A stretch of 64,000 nt of DNA from Octopus sinensis (taxonomy: Eukaryota): NCBI RefSeq assembly GCF_006345805.1, contig NC_043006.1, positions 25,606,001-25,670,000 on the forward strand, read 5' to 3'. Position 1 is the first letter of the stretch. Each line of letters opens with the position of its first letter. The notes beneath the pieces were generated by a model. It was not told the origin of the DNA and made no database searches. It saw only the letters and a list, made by a program, of their open reading frames with translations. The position numbers were made by a program, and so were the translations under genes. Shown piece after piece: positions 1 to 12,150 of the stretch.

Positions 1-1019
1 TATTGAACCAGATTTTCTATGGTTTGTTGCCTTCCCTGTTTCCAGCTTTCACCTGTTTCCAAGCAAGATATTATTTCTGCATGTCCAGACATGTTTCCCC
101 AGAATATTGGAAATGAATGACACTTCTGTGTGACAGTGACACTTATTTACATGTATCATGTGATGTCAAGATAAGGCAATACGCATCACATGCATATTCT
201 TACATATATACCTACATATATGACAGTCTTCTTCCAGTTTCTGTCAACCTAATCCACTCATGAGGCTTTGGTCCACCTGGGGCTATAGTAGAAGACACTT
301 ACCTAGGGTGCCATGCAGTGGATCTGAACCTGAAACTATGTGGTTGGAAACAGTTTGTTTTGCAAATATATGGCCTTAGGTTCAATCCCACTACATGGAA
401 CCTTCTGTTATTGCTTTGTGCTGACCATTGCTTTGTGAATGAAATTGTTTGATTGAAACTCTGAAAGCCTGTTATGTATGCCTTTGTGTGTGTATCTGGT
501 AAGTTTTTGTCTCTGCTTCTTGCATGAGATCATTTGAGTGAAAAGTGATGTATTTATTTACGTTCCCTGTGAACATTACATCCCATACCTCTGTTGTCTT
601 AGAATAGAAGAATAAAATCTCCCTTGAAAGAAGGAAAGAGTTGGTAAAAAGAAGGGTATCTGACTGTAAAAATGCTTCCTCAAATAAGTTTGTGTTTAAC
701 CTATGCCAGCAAAAACAAACGAATGAATGTAAAAATATATATATATTTATATAGGTGTGTGTGTGTGTGTATGTGCGTGTGTATATATGTATTTCTATAA
801 TATAAATTGGACATGGGCGATCATTGTATTCTTTCTTGTCTTGAGGTTTGTTATCGCTTTTCAAATTATGAATTTTAGATGAATTTCTGAGTTAGACATT
901 TTGATTGCTAGTGGGGATAATTGGTAACCAAGGTATTTTACAGTAGGTAAATCTCTAAATTTTCAATATGGGTTTCTAATTTAATTACGTCTTATATTTT
1001 TTGATAAATGACACCTCTT

Positions 1020-1700
1020 TGTTTAGTCATATTTGTGTTGAGATCCAAATAGCAAATTGATATAATGGGAAGATTAGGAATTGTGGTTGCAGTTGTTCTG
1101 CACATCTGTCAATGTGTTCATTGAGATATATCTGGCGATATTGCGAGGAGGATATCTGTTGTCTGTGGAGCATACATCTCCGTCTAATTGACAATCCTGT
1201 CGACCCTATGGCAGCCCGAGCATCTGATAACATAAATGAGGTTTTCTGAGGTGTAAGTGAAGTTGGATTTAACTTTGAATTTTCGCCCTTGTCTAAAATG
1301 GAATTTTGATCCTTCCAAAAGATTGAGGAAGAACAACACTTTTTTTGTCCTTTCAAGCCTCCTGATTTTCACTGAATTGATCAGGAGGTGTCTTGGAGTT
1401 TGTGCAAAGGATTTCAGGACTAAATCACAGTGAGCAGCATTTCTTACAGTCTTGGCATCAACTTTCATGTTAATTGTCAGCTTCATCATAGATGTGACTG
1501 GGTCCTTTGAAATTCTAGATTTGCGGGCCTTCAGGAATGCTAGATCTTGCTTTTTATTGGTTCTACAGTACTTTGCTTTCTTTGAATGCCTCTGGTGTTG
1601 TTCAAATGATTCTTGACATTGTAAACTGTGTTTAATGGTACATTAATCAACTCAGAAATTCACTTGATGTTAATTCTTGCACAGAGCAAATCAACAAATG
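1020..1700 (-). mobile_element. Penelope-like element fragment (GIY-YIG region), degraded
   Basis: The - strand peptide KFKVKSNFTYTSENLIYVIRCSGC is typical of PLE GIY-YIG endonucleases; frameshifts and stops are present. Boundaries approximate. Confidence 0.65.
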
Positions 1701-1884
1701 TGTTCTCTTTTTGCTTCTTGAGCTGACATAGTTGAACTTATACCTGAAAAAGCAAATGAAATTGTTACTATGAGACCTAATGCTGAAGATAAGGTAAAAA
1801 AAAACTTGTTATAATAGATCAATGCTACATAAAAAAATAAGATTTACAAAAAGTTCCAAGTTTATATATATATATACATATCAT

Positions 1885-2140
1885 CATCAACATCATCATC
1901 ATCATCGTTTAACGTCCGCTTTCCATGGGTTGGACGGTTCAACTGGGATCTGGGGAGCCTGAAGGCTGCACCAGGCCAGTCAGATCTGGCAGTGTTTCTA
2001 TAGCTGGATGCCTTTCCTAACGCCAACCACTCCGAGAGTGTAGTGGGTGATTTTATGTGCCACCGACACAGGTGCCAGATGAGGCTGGCGAACGGCCACG
2101 CTCGGATGGTGTTTTTTATGTGCCACCAACACAGGTGCCA
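1885..2140 (-). mobile_element. SINE/short element with RTE-type 3' end ((CAT)n-tail family)
   Basis: (cat)n followed by cgtttaacgtccgctttccat...cttcctaacgccaaccactccg. The same family occurs at 12165-12380(+), 21925-22110(-), 47730-48085(-) and 48980-49290(-). Confidence 0.75.
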
Positions 2141-3002
2141 GATATATATATATATATATGATGGACTCTCCCGTTGTTAGATGACGTATGAGGGTTTTCA
2201 TTTCTTACCAAACAACTACACAGATGATTTATTAATAGAGATCAAATGTGTGTGTAGGCATACATTCACTCCCTCCATCACATTGACATTACCTGTACAG
2301 GTGCAATGGGTGCCACATGTCAGATGTTGAAATGATTGCAGAGCAATGTGATCTTGCAATCGTGAGTGCAACACCTGAACAACTAAGCCATGTGCCTTTT
2401 CACACACACACACACGCATATATATAATGGGCATAGACATAGCTGTGTGCTGAGACGTTGGCTTCCCAACCACAGGGTTCAATTCTACTGTGGCTCCATG
2501 GCAGTTGTCTTCTTTTGGATTTGATAGATAGAAATTAAAAGAAGCTCATTGTATGTGTGTGTCATTGTATCTCTGTTTATGTTCCTGTAACTTAGCGGTT
2601 CAGTAAAACAGACTGATAGAATACGTACCAGGCTTAAAAAAGAAAATAGCACTGGTGTCAATTTGTTTGACTAAATTTTTTCCAAGGTGGAGCCCTGCAT
2701 GGCTGTAGTCTAATGACTGAAACAAGTAAAAGGTTATGATATCCTTGCATACAAGCATGCATGTTTCAGTCTATATACACACACATTATTATTAAGTGTG
2801 TCAATATATGATGATGCTGAGAAAATGTCATATTACGCTGTTGTTGACATTTCTAAACTGAGTATGGTTCTACAATATTGTACAGTTTTTACAAAATGCT
2901 AAAACTTATAGGTTTTTTAAAAATATTATATAATTCCCTTCTAGCAGTAAGTTTTTTGCTTCCTTTTGTAGTTCAAGATATTTGAAGATTTCCAAATACC
3001 GA

Positions 3003-3205
3003 TTGTTAGCACGCCGGGCGAAATGCTTAGCGGTATTTCGTCTGCAGTTCAAATTCTGCCGAGGTCGACTTTGCCTTTCATCCTTTCGGGGTCGATAAAT
3101 TAAGTACCAGTTACGTACTGGTGTCGATGTAATCGACTTAATACCTATGTCTGTCCTTGTTTGTCCCCTCTGTGTTTAGCCCCTTGTGGGTAATAAAGAA
3201 ATAGG
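3003..3205 (+). mobile_element. tRNA-related SINE family B (gagctggcagaa...gtgggtaataaagaaat)
   Basis: Near-identical copies at 13783-13993(+), 31986-32213(-) and 61487-61718(+). Contains a B-box-like gttcaaattc. Confidence 0.8.
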
Positions 3206-3628
3206 TAGTGTGTATTATGTTTTAGAACATATAGTGTTTCTTACATATAATATCTGGTGACCTAAACTGAAAATTATAGTCTGGGGAAGATCAAAGCTGT
3301 TGCTTGGGAACTGATTTGATCAATCAAGTTATAAAGAGCCAAGGTGTTAATTCTTTCTAAATTAGATGTAGATTATAAAGTATATATGTACTCTTTTATT
3401 TGTTACTGATGTAGGGTATGTATTCATCATAGAGATTCAGAAGTTACTGAGAAGGATTTATACGTGTCAAGGGAGGATTTATGCTGTATAATATTTTAAA
3501 GAATATTTGGCTGTGGTCGCTGTATGATTTATTTTGATATCATTCAATGAGATGCTGCTGTCTGTTTGTTATGTTGTCTGGAAGAAGAACATTTGTTGCA
3601 TTGCGTTTCATATGATTAGCTTTGTTAA

Positions 3629-3838
3629 CCCTTTCGTTACTCTATTTATTTTGAGATGCTCTGTGTTTCATTCAATTACTTTAAATATAACAAATAATTT
3701 AATAAAATAACTTAGTTATCATTAAGCTAGTGTTAGGAACATAAATTGTGACTAAGGTTTGGTGGAAGATTTTAATTCAAAATTTATGAAAACAAGACAT
3801 TTGTACTCAGAGCCAGAGCCGGTTTGGTATCAAAAGGG
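3629..3838. mobile_element. piggyBac-type MITE
   Basis: TTAA on both sides and CCCTTT...AAAGGG termini. A second copy lies at 12822-13034. Confidence 0.8.
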
Positions 3839-5769
3839 TTAATGACTTGGATTATGGATAATTCTTTCAAGTTGTCCAGAAGTTTGGTGCATTTTGTTGA
3901 ATGTTGGTATCATATAAGATATTGATGTCTAGTGACAGAAGTTCAGAAATGCAGAGGATTCTTTCCTAGAAATTTCCTATGGCACCAGTTCTATATATGC
4001 AAAATGGTGCATAGGCATTTCTACTAAATGAAAATGTAGATTATAACAAATCTATTCAAAATATATAAAATCATCTGAGGATATTGAAGTTTCATCAGAA
4101 AGTTTTACTTTTATTTTAGGGTCATCCCCTTATTTTATTTTAGTTATTTTAGGGTCATCCCCTTCAGGTTTATGTGTGTGTGTGTTTGTGAGAGAGAGAG
4201 ATTGAGTAAGTAAACAAATGATTTCAGCAGTTACTGTATGTTGATGTGTAAACATTTTAGTTTGAAGTCAGCCAAGTTGCCTAGATGACCCAATGTCTAT
4301 ATCAGTGTTTTCTAATGTGATATAAACATTATAATTTTGCTTTAGAGAATTGGGTCTTCCAGGGCAATCAGGCTATTACAACAAGGTTAGATTAAATCAG
4401 TAAGAGAGCTTCTACGTTTGGAAAATAAAAGTAGGTTGATTTCTTAACAATGAGGTTAAAACTGTCAGAATATGAAATGTCACCAGAAAACATTTCTTTT
4501 TCATATAGCAAATTAATTTAGATGTTTGCATATGCATTTGGGGCATGGAGGCTATAACTCTACTGCTTTAGCTGCATTGCATAAGACAGTAAGTGCTCCA
4601 GAGGTTCTTCAGCATGATTTTAGATCAGTTTTATCACTTGGAAGCAAAAAGCAGTGAAATAAAAAGTACAGTTAGACATCAGAGTGTGAGGAAACTGGTA
4701 ACAAAAATCAACCCAATAAAGTTCACAAAACAGATAAGCAAAAGAATAACCTTATCACACTGCATGTAATCTTTGCACAAATATGTGTGTGCACACACAC
4801 GTACACAAATTTTAATGAATTCTTGAAATTGGTAGTTTTGTCAGTAAGGGACATAACTACATTCCGATCGTATGCTCTACTCTACTTTGGAAGAGAGCCA
4901 TCTACAATGATAAAGTTTATCTTTGATCAAAGTAGACAACACTGGATTTAAAGATGCTGTTAATCTTCATTACAGATTTGGATGAATGAAAAACTATCTT
5001 ACAGTTAGAGGTCTAACTGTTGGAGTTATAAGTAACTGGGGTTATTCCTTCATGTTGGAATTTTAAATATCTTCATCTTTTTAGTTTGGTTGTCTGCAAA
5101 TTTCTTGTGTGTATTCTGTAGATTTCAGTATAATTTCTGCAATTTCCATTGCTTTGTCTTACTTAAATGTTTTCATCAATGTTCATTTCTTTATCCAGTC
5201 AGGTTTCTGTCCAATCTCACTTACTCACTGTGCCTGAATTGTGCCAGCACTTTAACCAATCTATGTCTTGTATACAATCAACTTTGCGTCGATGGCTGAA
5301 TTTTCGAAGGGAGCATCCATTGCGTGTGAGTTTGTAAATCCTTGGTTTCACATTGATAAATATAATGAAAACAAGACATTTAAGTATTTTGATGTTATCT
5401 AGAATATAATATTATGTAACGAGCTTGCATATACAAAATTTTCTTTTTTAGTAATCCATTGGGTGTTTCCTGCCACTAAAAAATTATCTGCGTGTTGCTT
5501 ATTTGAAGCAACTCCCATTCCTTGCTAAGCTATACTCACAATAGGAGTTGGATTTACTCCCAGTGCAAACTAATGAGCCACTTGTTAGTTTAAAGTGGTA
5601 CTGCTACCAGCAGAGTTTATTGTGAATAATGTGGCGGAAGGGAGTACCTCAGTGGAGTTGTTCTGCATACTAATTATGCATAGTAGGGTTTCACATAGTA
5701 ATATACTAAGCTAAAAAAACTTTTATTATTCATACAGTGACAAAAAAGCTCCTTGTATTTCATATAAGT

Positions 5770-5800
<31 letters not shown>

Positions 5801-5846
5801 ATTTGTTTTAAAAATCTGAGTGAGAGATATACAGTAACACTACTGA

Positions 5847-6140
5847 ATAGTAAAGTTTATATGCCAACTGAATGTGGCAGTCCTATAAAGGACTATGTTA
5901 CTGTTGTTTTTGTCCCATCTCTAGACTTACATAATATTCACAGACCTGTCCCCATTGTGAGAAAACCACTAGCTAGTGATGAAAGCTCTCTCCACTTGCA
6001 AATACTGTATATTCTTTAAGTGATACACATCGACTGTGTGTCGATGGCCAGCTGGAAAAGATGTTTTCCTGGGGCTAAAACAACAGTAACACCATCCTTT
6101 ATAGGATGGCCAAATTCTGTTGGCATATAAATTTCACTAT
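5847..6140. mobile_element. MITE / fold-back element with about 70-bp imperfect terminal inverted repeats
   Basis: 5847-5916 is the approximate reverse complement of 6071-6140 (tttatatgccaac...tcctataaagga...gttactgttgtttt). Confidence 0.7.
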
Positions 6141-6930
6141 ATACACACACACACACATATACACAGAAGGGGAGACAGGGAAAAAGAAAACCAAGGGGAT
6201 AATTCAAATAACCTTAGTTAATTTTATTGGAGTTATCTTACCTTGCTTGTTTTTAGCTTTTGAACACTCCTGGTGGGAGATTTTGTCTGTTGACAGCATG
6301 AATATTCTTTTAATAAGTAATTTTTCAACTCACCATGTTATAGATGTGGAATCCTGCCAAAATGTTCATTTTTAGCTAGATAGATTGGGCCCAAAAATAA
6401 AGGTAGATATCTTTCAAACTGTTAAGTGCCCAGTTGTTTTGCCCAGCCAACCTTTTTTTTATATAATAGATTTCTGTAAATATTTAAACTTATCCAGTTA
6501 TCAAATTGATTATTTCTGAACATTACGATGATTACAACTAGGAATACTACTTCTTTGTTTTACTCGATATTTTATATATAACATTTTGAGATTTGTTAAT
6601 TGCATCAATAGCATTTTTAAAAATTTAACTTTATAATATTTGATAAAATACATTTTATGTAGTAAATGTCTAAGGAGTGAAATATTAAGTATATTTAAGT
6701 GTGCACAATCTTATTGATGTAGAATTAGATACTTTTCTGTGATTATTGTAATAGTTACAGTAAAGTATTTAGTCTTACATCTGCAAGAGATAATTTTGCA
6801 TTGATTTTTACTGAGAATGATTAACTGAAGACCCAACTGAAAAAAAAAAAGTGGGGTCTAATAGAGCAGTTTTAAAAGTAAATTTGTATGACATACCAGC
6901 TATTATACATTAATTTAATTTTTTTTTCAG

Positions 6931-7015
6931 TTTTGTCTAACAAATACTTATATATGTATGAACTTGGCAATAGTAGGGTGCTATGTACCTGGCATTATCG
7001 TATCATACATAATAG
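6931..7015 (+). CDS. RETREG: RETREG/FAM134 reticulophagy regulator, internal exon (reticulon-homology domain, second hydrophobic hairpin)
   Basis: Acceptor tttttttcag|, donor |gtaagt. Encodes FCLTNTYICMNLAIVGCYVPGIIVSYII, matching the FAM134B segment [28 protein letters not shown]. Phase 0 in, phase 1 out. The paralogue cannot be assigned. Confidence 0.85.
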
Positions 7016-7489
7016 GTAAGTATAAATCATTGCATCCATATTTGCTTTTGACAATGTAACACATACAAGCATATATATAATAAATAACATTAGGGTAATA
7101 AGAATTATATAATTATTATTACCAGTGGCCTAGCACAAAAAAAGAATTAGTCAATAGACTATATATTATTCACATAAAAATATCGTGTACATTAAAACAA
7201 ATCAAGAGGCTTCCAAATAGGAAAGCCTTGTGCTAGAAAGAGCAGTAGAAAACTCAAACCACTAATTTGGGATAAATTCTTGAAAGGAATGAAAATTAAA
7301 AACGTTTACCATCTCATTTAGTTCCCAGACCATGGTTTCTGACTAATTCCAGTAAAAAAAATATTTATTGAGGCTAGTTTTCATCAGTAGGAAGCCTTTA
7401 GATTTCAAATATATACACAACTAGATCCACATGTAAATTGCCGTATGTATATCTTAACTTTTCAAACTACTGCGCAAATATTCATAGGT

Positions 7490-8090
7490 TTGTGTGCCAT
7501 GTCAGGCTATATGCACTATTCCACAACACTCCACCTGCATCTAATGAAGAGGACTGCTTCACTGACCTAGGCCGCTGACCATCCCACTGGATGCCAGCTC
7601 CTGGCTAGTTCCAAGCAGTTGATCATTTTGCAGGCTTCTGCCAACATGTTGTGGACCAGTTTAACTTTCACAGGTGTCCCTGACATCTGAAAATCTTCTC
7701 AGCCGAATTCTTGGTTCTTCGATGTCTCTGATCATAAAACCAGCCAACAAGGGTGGAGCCGTGCAGACCTCTACAAGACTGAAGCTCTCCGCCAACTTCA
7801 AGACACCTCCTATTGCCTTCTGCCCTCCAACCCCAAGCCTAGCTACCAACAGACTGTGTTCTCCACTATCTATGACTTCATTTCCTCCTTCCATTTCCAA
7901 CCTCATTGTTCATACTCCTTGCACGCCCATCATTTACTTCCTTCCCCAAATCCTACAAGCCCAACAACCCTGGCCACACCATCGCCTCCGCCTGTAACTT
8001 CCTATGGAATTGATCTCAAAATACCTCAACCGTGTCCTTGCCTCCCTAGTGGCTTCCCTCCCCTCACACATCCACGACACTAACCATGCT
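7490..8090 (+). mobile_element. Penelope-like reverse transcriptase fragment, degraded
   Basis: The peptide SLIIKPANKGGAV resembles the PLE RT N-terminal IIKPADKGGAVV motif; C-rich composition and frameshifts. Confidence 0.6.
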
Positions 8091-8223
8091 CCAGTTCTAT
8101 ATTTAAGAGATGAGGAATTATGTACATTATTTAGGGTTTATAAATAATTCCAAGTTTCTGAGTTTGATTCCAAGCAGTGACCTGAACAACAACAACAACA
8201 GTAATAATAATAATAATAATAAT

Positions 8224-8347
8224 AATATTGGCCTTAACTTCTCTGTCTGTGTGTATTGGCATATCCCAGAGTATGGTTGAAAACGAGAAAGCAACCATAC
8301 TCTGGGATATGCCAATACACACAGATAGAGAAATTAAGGCCAATATT
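8224..8347. repeat. 56-bp near-perfect inverted repeat derived from an R4/Dong-like LINE fragment
   Basis: Arms 8224-8279 and 8292-8347 with a 12-nt loop. The arm encodes TILWDMPIHTDREIKAN, a motif of RLE-type non-LTR elements. Confidence 0.85.
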
Positions 8348-8702
8348 GTTTTTCTGTAACCTTGCTCAGGAATAAATCGGCATAGTGTTTTATATTGTTT
8401 TACTTGTTTCAATCATGTGACTGTGGCCATGCTGGAGCACCACCTTTGGTAAAAAAAATTGACCACAGGACTTATACTTTCTAAATCTAGTACTTATTCT
8501 ATCAATGTCTTTTATCTGGAAACAGGTGAGCATTTTCATCTGTTTCTACCTGTGAAAAATACCATATTTGTAAAATATTAGTGACCATGTGGTTGTAGAA
8601 TATTGTTACAGTAAGTCTCACATAACACATATCTTTTTGAAATAGAGTGTATTTAAAAACAATGTGGATCAGAAATCTTTCTTTGTTTTCTTTTAATCAT
8701 AG

Positions 8703-8837
8703 GTATAATATTTTTATTATGTCCACCTGTAATATATTATCGTGTGCCTCAGAGATTCAGACAGAAACTTGAACCAGTCACCAGCAGGATTATGTATGTG
8801 ATGTCATTCTTCAGTATTTTTTGGACTATTATCCGTG
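8703..8837 (+). CDS. RETREG: RETREG/FAM134 internal exon
   Basis: Acceptor ttttaatcatag|, donor |gtaagt. Encodes (G)IIFLLCPPVIYYRVPQRFRQKLEPVTSRIMYVMSFFSIFWTIIR, similar to FAM134B LLCAFLCPL...KIKSVLLKLDF. Phase 1 to 1 fits both neighbours; an alternative donor after 8793 is possible. Confidence 0.75.
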
Positions 8838-9129
8838 GTAAGTACTTTTTGATGTGTGTCACATTCTATTTATAGTTAGATGAAAATGTCAATGGATTGT
8901 TAATGCTTTCAGTTAAATATTGAGCGAAACATAGAGATAGTTGGTCATAAACTCAGTGTTGTTTGATTGTTATTATACCAATGGCATATTCTTGTAAATG
9001 TTTTTTAAACATTTACTGACTTTGCCTCCTACTTCAAAGGTGAAATTGACATTTACCTCAAAGCCACGTTCAGTGATTAATTCAGGGACTTAGACCTAGG
9101 CCATGGTAAGTTATTGATCAAACTTAGCT

Positions 9130-9620
9130 ACACTTGCTCTAGAATTTGATGAGAAGGAACCCAGCTGGAAAGAGATCCTGGAGGTAGTCAAGAGGGCAAA
9201 GACAAGTTCAACCCCACAACTGAATGAAGTATGTTAGAGTTGTTCAGAAACTGCCTAGAGATGCTCCATTTCTGTGGAAGATTGCAATGAGGAAGAAAAT
9301 AAGAGGAACAGGTAAAAATATGCTGAGCTGGTAGTGTTATGTCAAGACAACAGGTGGTTATACAATGGGTTTTAGGCCAGTCTCTCTTCAGCGCCTACAA
9401 AATGCTGGACATTGAAAATCATAAAAGTCAGTATAAGACCATCAAGCTGGCTATAAAGGTCAGTGGTTGCTTTGAGGTGGCTACGGATCAGGAAGTATGA
9501 GCTCTGGATGAGGTAGCAGTAACTGGACACCGGCTAGAGCCCAATCAATCCTGGTTGGGGTGTGTTGATTGTTGAAAGACTCAGAACACTCAATGACCTT
9601 TACTAACATCATTGAACATT
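9130..9620 (+). mobile_element. HERO-like (RLE clade) non-LTR retrotransposon relic
   Basis: Peptide EPSWKEILEVVKRAKTSS...KNCPR.LHFLWK, followed by a 3'-end-like segment (gttgaaagactcagaacactcaatgacc); internally deleted. Clade call from motif memory only. Confidence 0.5.
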
Positions 9621-10644
9621 TGTCTACATGTGCTACACTATCTTTTATCTTTTACCTGTTTCAGTCATTGGACCATGTTGGATTTTAGTCAAACAAATCA
9701 ACCCCAGTGCTTATTATTTCTTTAAGCCTGGTAACTTGTTCTGTCACTTTTGCTGAACTGCTAAGTTATGGGGATGTAAACATACCAACGCTGGTTGTCA
9801 AGCGGTAGTCTCTCTCTCTCTCTCTGGCTTCTTTCAGTTTGTCTGCCAAATCCACTCACAAGGCTTTCCTATAGTAGAAAATGTTTGCTACACAGTGGGA
9901 CTGAACTCAGGGCTGTGTGGTTGGGATGCTAACTTCTTACCACACAGCTGCAAAAAACAACCTAGTTATTTTATAAGATAGTGACTGGGATAAAAAAATG
10001 AACAGAAATGTCAATTATCTGAAAAGCAAAAGTAAAGTTAGTAATAACATGTTTAAAGTAATTAAGATTAAACTTTTATTAAAGAGAAAAATGATCATTA
10101 TTTCAATAAATATTTCGGTCAAGTAAGGCAGGGGAATTTAAATTTATTAAAAATAGAATCACTACTTTTAAGAACAGCAATCTATATCTTTTATCATCTA
10201 CTTGCAATGAGGTAGGTTAATTGTTTTCATTTGTACAATAACTGTCAAATTTTTGAGCTGAGTATATTCATCAAACAAGTAACTTTCTTTGTAATGTCTC
10301 CTCCTCCTCTTCTTTTTTTTTTTTTTTGTAGAATCCTATATTTTATAATAATAATGAAATTATTGTATACAGTGCTCAGTGCACCACAACTTGTCAGAAA
10401 GTGCGTATAGAGTATATGCAGTAATGTACAAATGTCTGGAAAGCGAATAATGTATGAGTCAGATACATGCTTGAGTGTGTATGGAGGGGAGAAAATCAGG
10501 TGTAGTGTTGGTGAATCTCAGAAAGCATGGAAGTTTTGAAGGATGCAGTGCTCCGACAACTAACAACTGATGCCGGCAGTTTGTTCCATGCTTCAGCAAC
10601 TCTCGGCGTGATTTTACTCTTGTCTTTCTCATTTAATATTTCAG

Positions 10645-10848
10645 CAATCAGAGGTGATGGCTGCACTACTGAAAATGAAATTAATTCACATGTGGGACTG
10701 CCTTCTGATGAAATTAAGATGAGTGATTTATATCCCGAAGCTGACCCTACAGCACTGTCTACAACAGCAACTGAGAGTGAGGGTGAAAGGACTCCAGATC
10801 ATCTGACACCAGCTCTTTCTGAAAACCACTCAATTGAGAATAGTGATG
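10645..10848 (+). CDS. RETREG: RETREG/FAM134 internal exon (acidic disordered region)
   Basis: Acceptor atatttcag|, donor |gtaagt. Open frame (A)IRGDG...KMSDLYPEADPTALSTTATESEGERTP...ENSD. Phase 1 to 1. Confidence 0.75.
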
Positions 10849-11152
10849 GTAAGTATGGCAGTTTCTTTCTAACTTTATCTGCTCAAACTCTACTGTTATT
10901 TTATTTCATTTGTGTAAGCCTCTTATTAACCAAATAATATATATGCATATGGCTGTGTGGTTAGGGAGCTTGCTTCCTAACTGCATGGTTTCGGGTTCAG
11001 TCCCACTGCGTGGCACTTTGGGTAGGTGTCTTCCGCTATAGCCCCGAGCTGACCGGAGCTTTGTGATTGAATTCGGTAGGCGGGAGTTACTCCTGTGTGT
11101 GTATAGCTGGTCAGTGCCTCTCCAAAAGAGAGAGAGAGTTATATATATGTAA

Positions 11153-11187
<35 letters not shown>

Positions 11188-11537
11188 CTCTTTACTCTTT
11201 TACTTGTTTCAGTCATTTGACTGCGGCCATGCTGGAGTACCGCCTTTAGTCAAGCATATCGACCCCAGGACTTATTCTATCGGTCTCTTTTGCCGAACCG
11301 CTAAGTGACGGGGACGTAAACACACCAGCATTGGTTGTCAAGCATTGCTAGGAGGACAAACACATACATATATACAACAGGCTTCTTTCAGTTTCCGTCT
11401 ACCAAATCCACTCACAAGGCTTTGGTCGGCCCGAGGCTATAGCAGAAGACACTTGCCCAAGATGCCACGCAGTGGGACTGAACCCGGAACCATATGGTTG
11501 GTAAGCAAGCTGCTTACCACACAGCCACTCCTGCGCC
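11188..11537 (-). mobile_element. Octopus-type tRNA-derived SINE family A (central microsatellite)
   Basis: Head ggagtggctgtgtggtaag...gttcagtcccactgcgtgg and tail ...gactgaaacaagtaaaagag. Further copies at about 9640-9950(-), 10951-11075(+), 22380-22620(-), 31355-31735(+), 32741-33140(+), 35890-36280(-), 42789-43225(+), 53590-54072(-) and 58310-58500(+). Confidence 0.85.
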
Positions 11538-11759
11538 TATATGTATGTATGCTTTTTTTAATTATTAAAGTTGCAAAAACATCACAAAAATCTGCTACTC
11601 AGAGTTTGGCGTTCCCGTTCATTGGGCAGTTGTGGTGAAGAATGGAAAAAAATTGTGATTGTATGTGTAGTATATATTTTGATATGATTCAATTCGACAA
11701 ATAAGCATTTTCAGTATCTAAAAATATATTCAGAATTATCTCTTCAATTAATAACAAAA

Positions 11760-12150
11760 GTTTGAATATTTTGTATGAAAATAGAAATGCTAATGAATCT
11801 GTTAACTCTAATACTGGACCTAATAGTAATTATGATAGAACTAAAAGTTGCAATTGTAGATTTAAAGATAAATCTTATTTTAATATTTATGTATGCAAAA
11901 TAACCTAGTGTATAGATGTAGGGTAGAATCTGAAGGGACTAATTATTTTTACATTGATCCAACTGAAAATTTTATTAAACAACGTATCGCAAATCACAAA
12001 TGTACTGCTAGGATCGTGGATAAGTTAAGTATTACCAGTTTAAGTAAATTTATATGGAAGTTGAACGATAATAATAAATTATATAAGCTTAAATGGCAAA
12101 TACTTAGTCATGCTAGATCTTATAAGATTGCTGATAATCACTGTAATCTA
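11760..12150 (+). mobile_element. Penelope-like GIY-YIG fragment
   Basis: Peptide NNLVYRCRVESE...YI..TENFIKQRIANHK...LSKFIWKL...LKWQILSHA...CNLC. Confidence 0.7.

Noticed and set aside
1732-1793. Possible upstream RETREG exon (...EIVTMRPNAEDK|gtaaaa, phase 0, reminiscent of ...SPGK|FCLL)
   Set aside because: An in-frame stop at 1719-1721 limits it to 62-71 nt, about half the expected exon; the acceptor is weak and it abuts a PLE relic. Needs RNA-seq.
4346-4434. Candidate RETREG exon after ttttgctttag
   Set aside because: No donor gives a stop-free, phase-0 exit with FAM134-like sequence.
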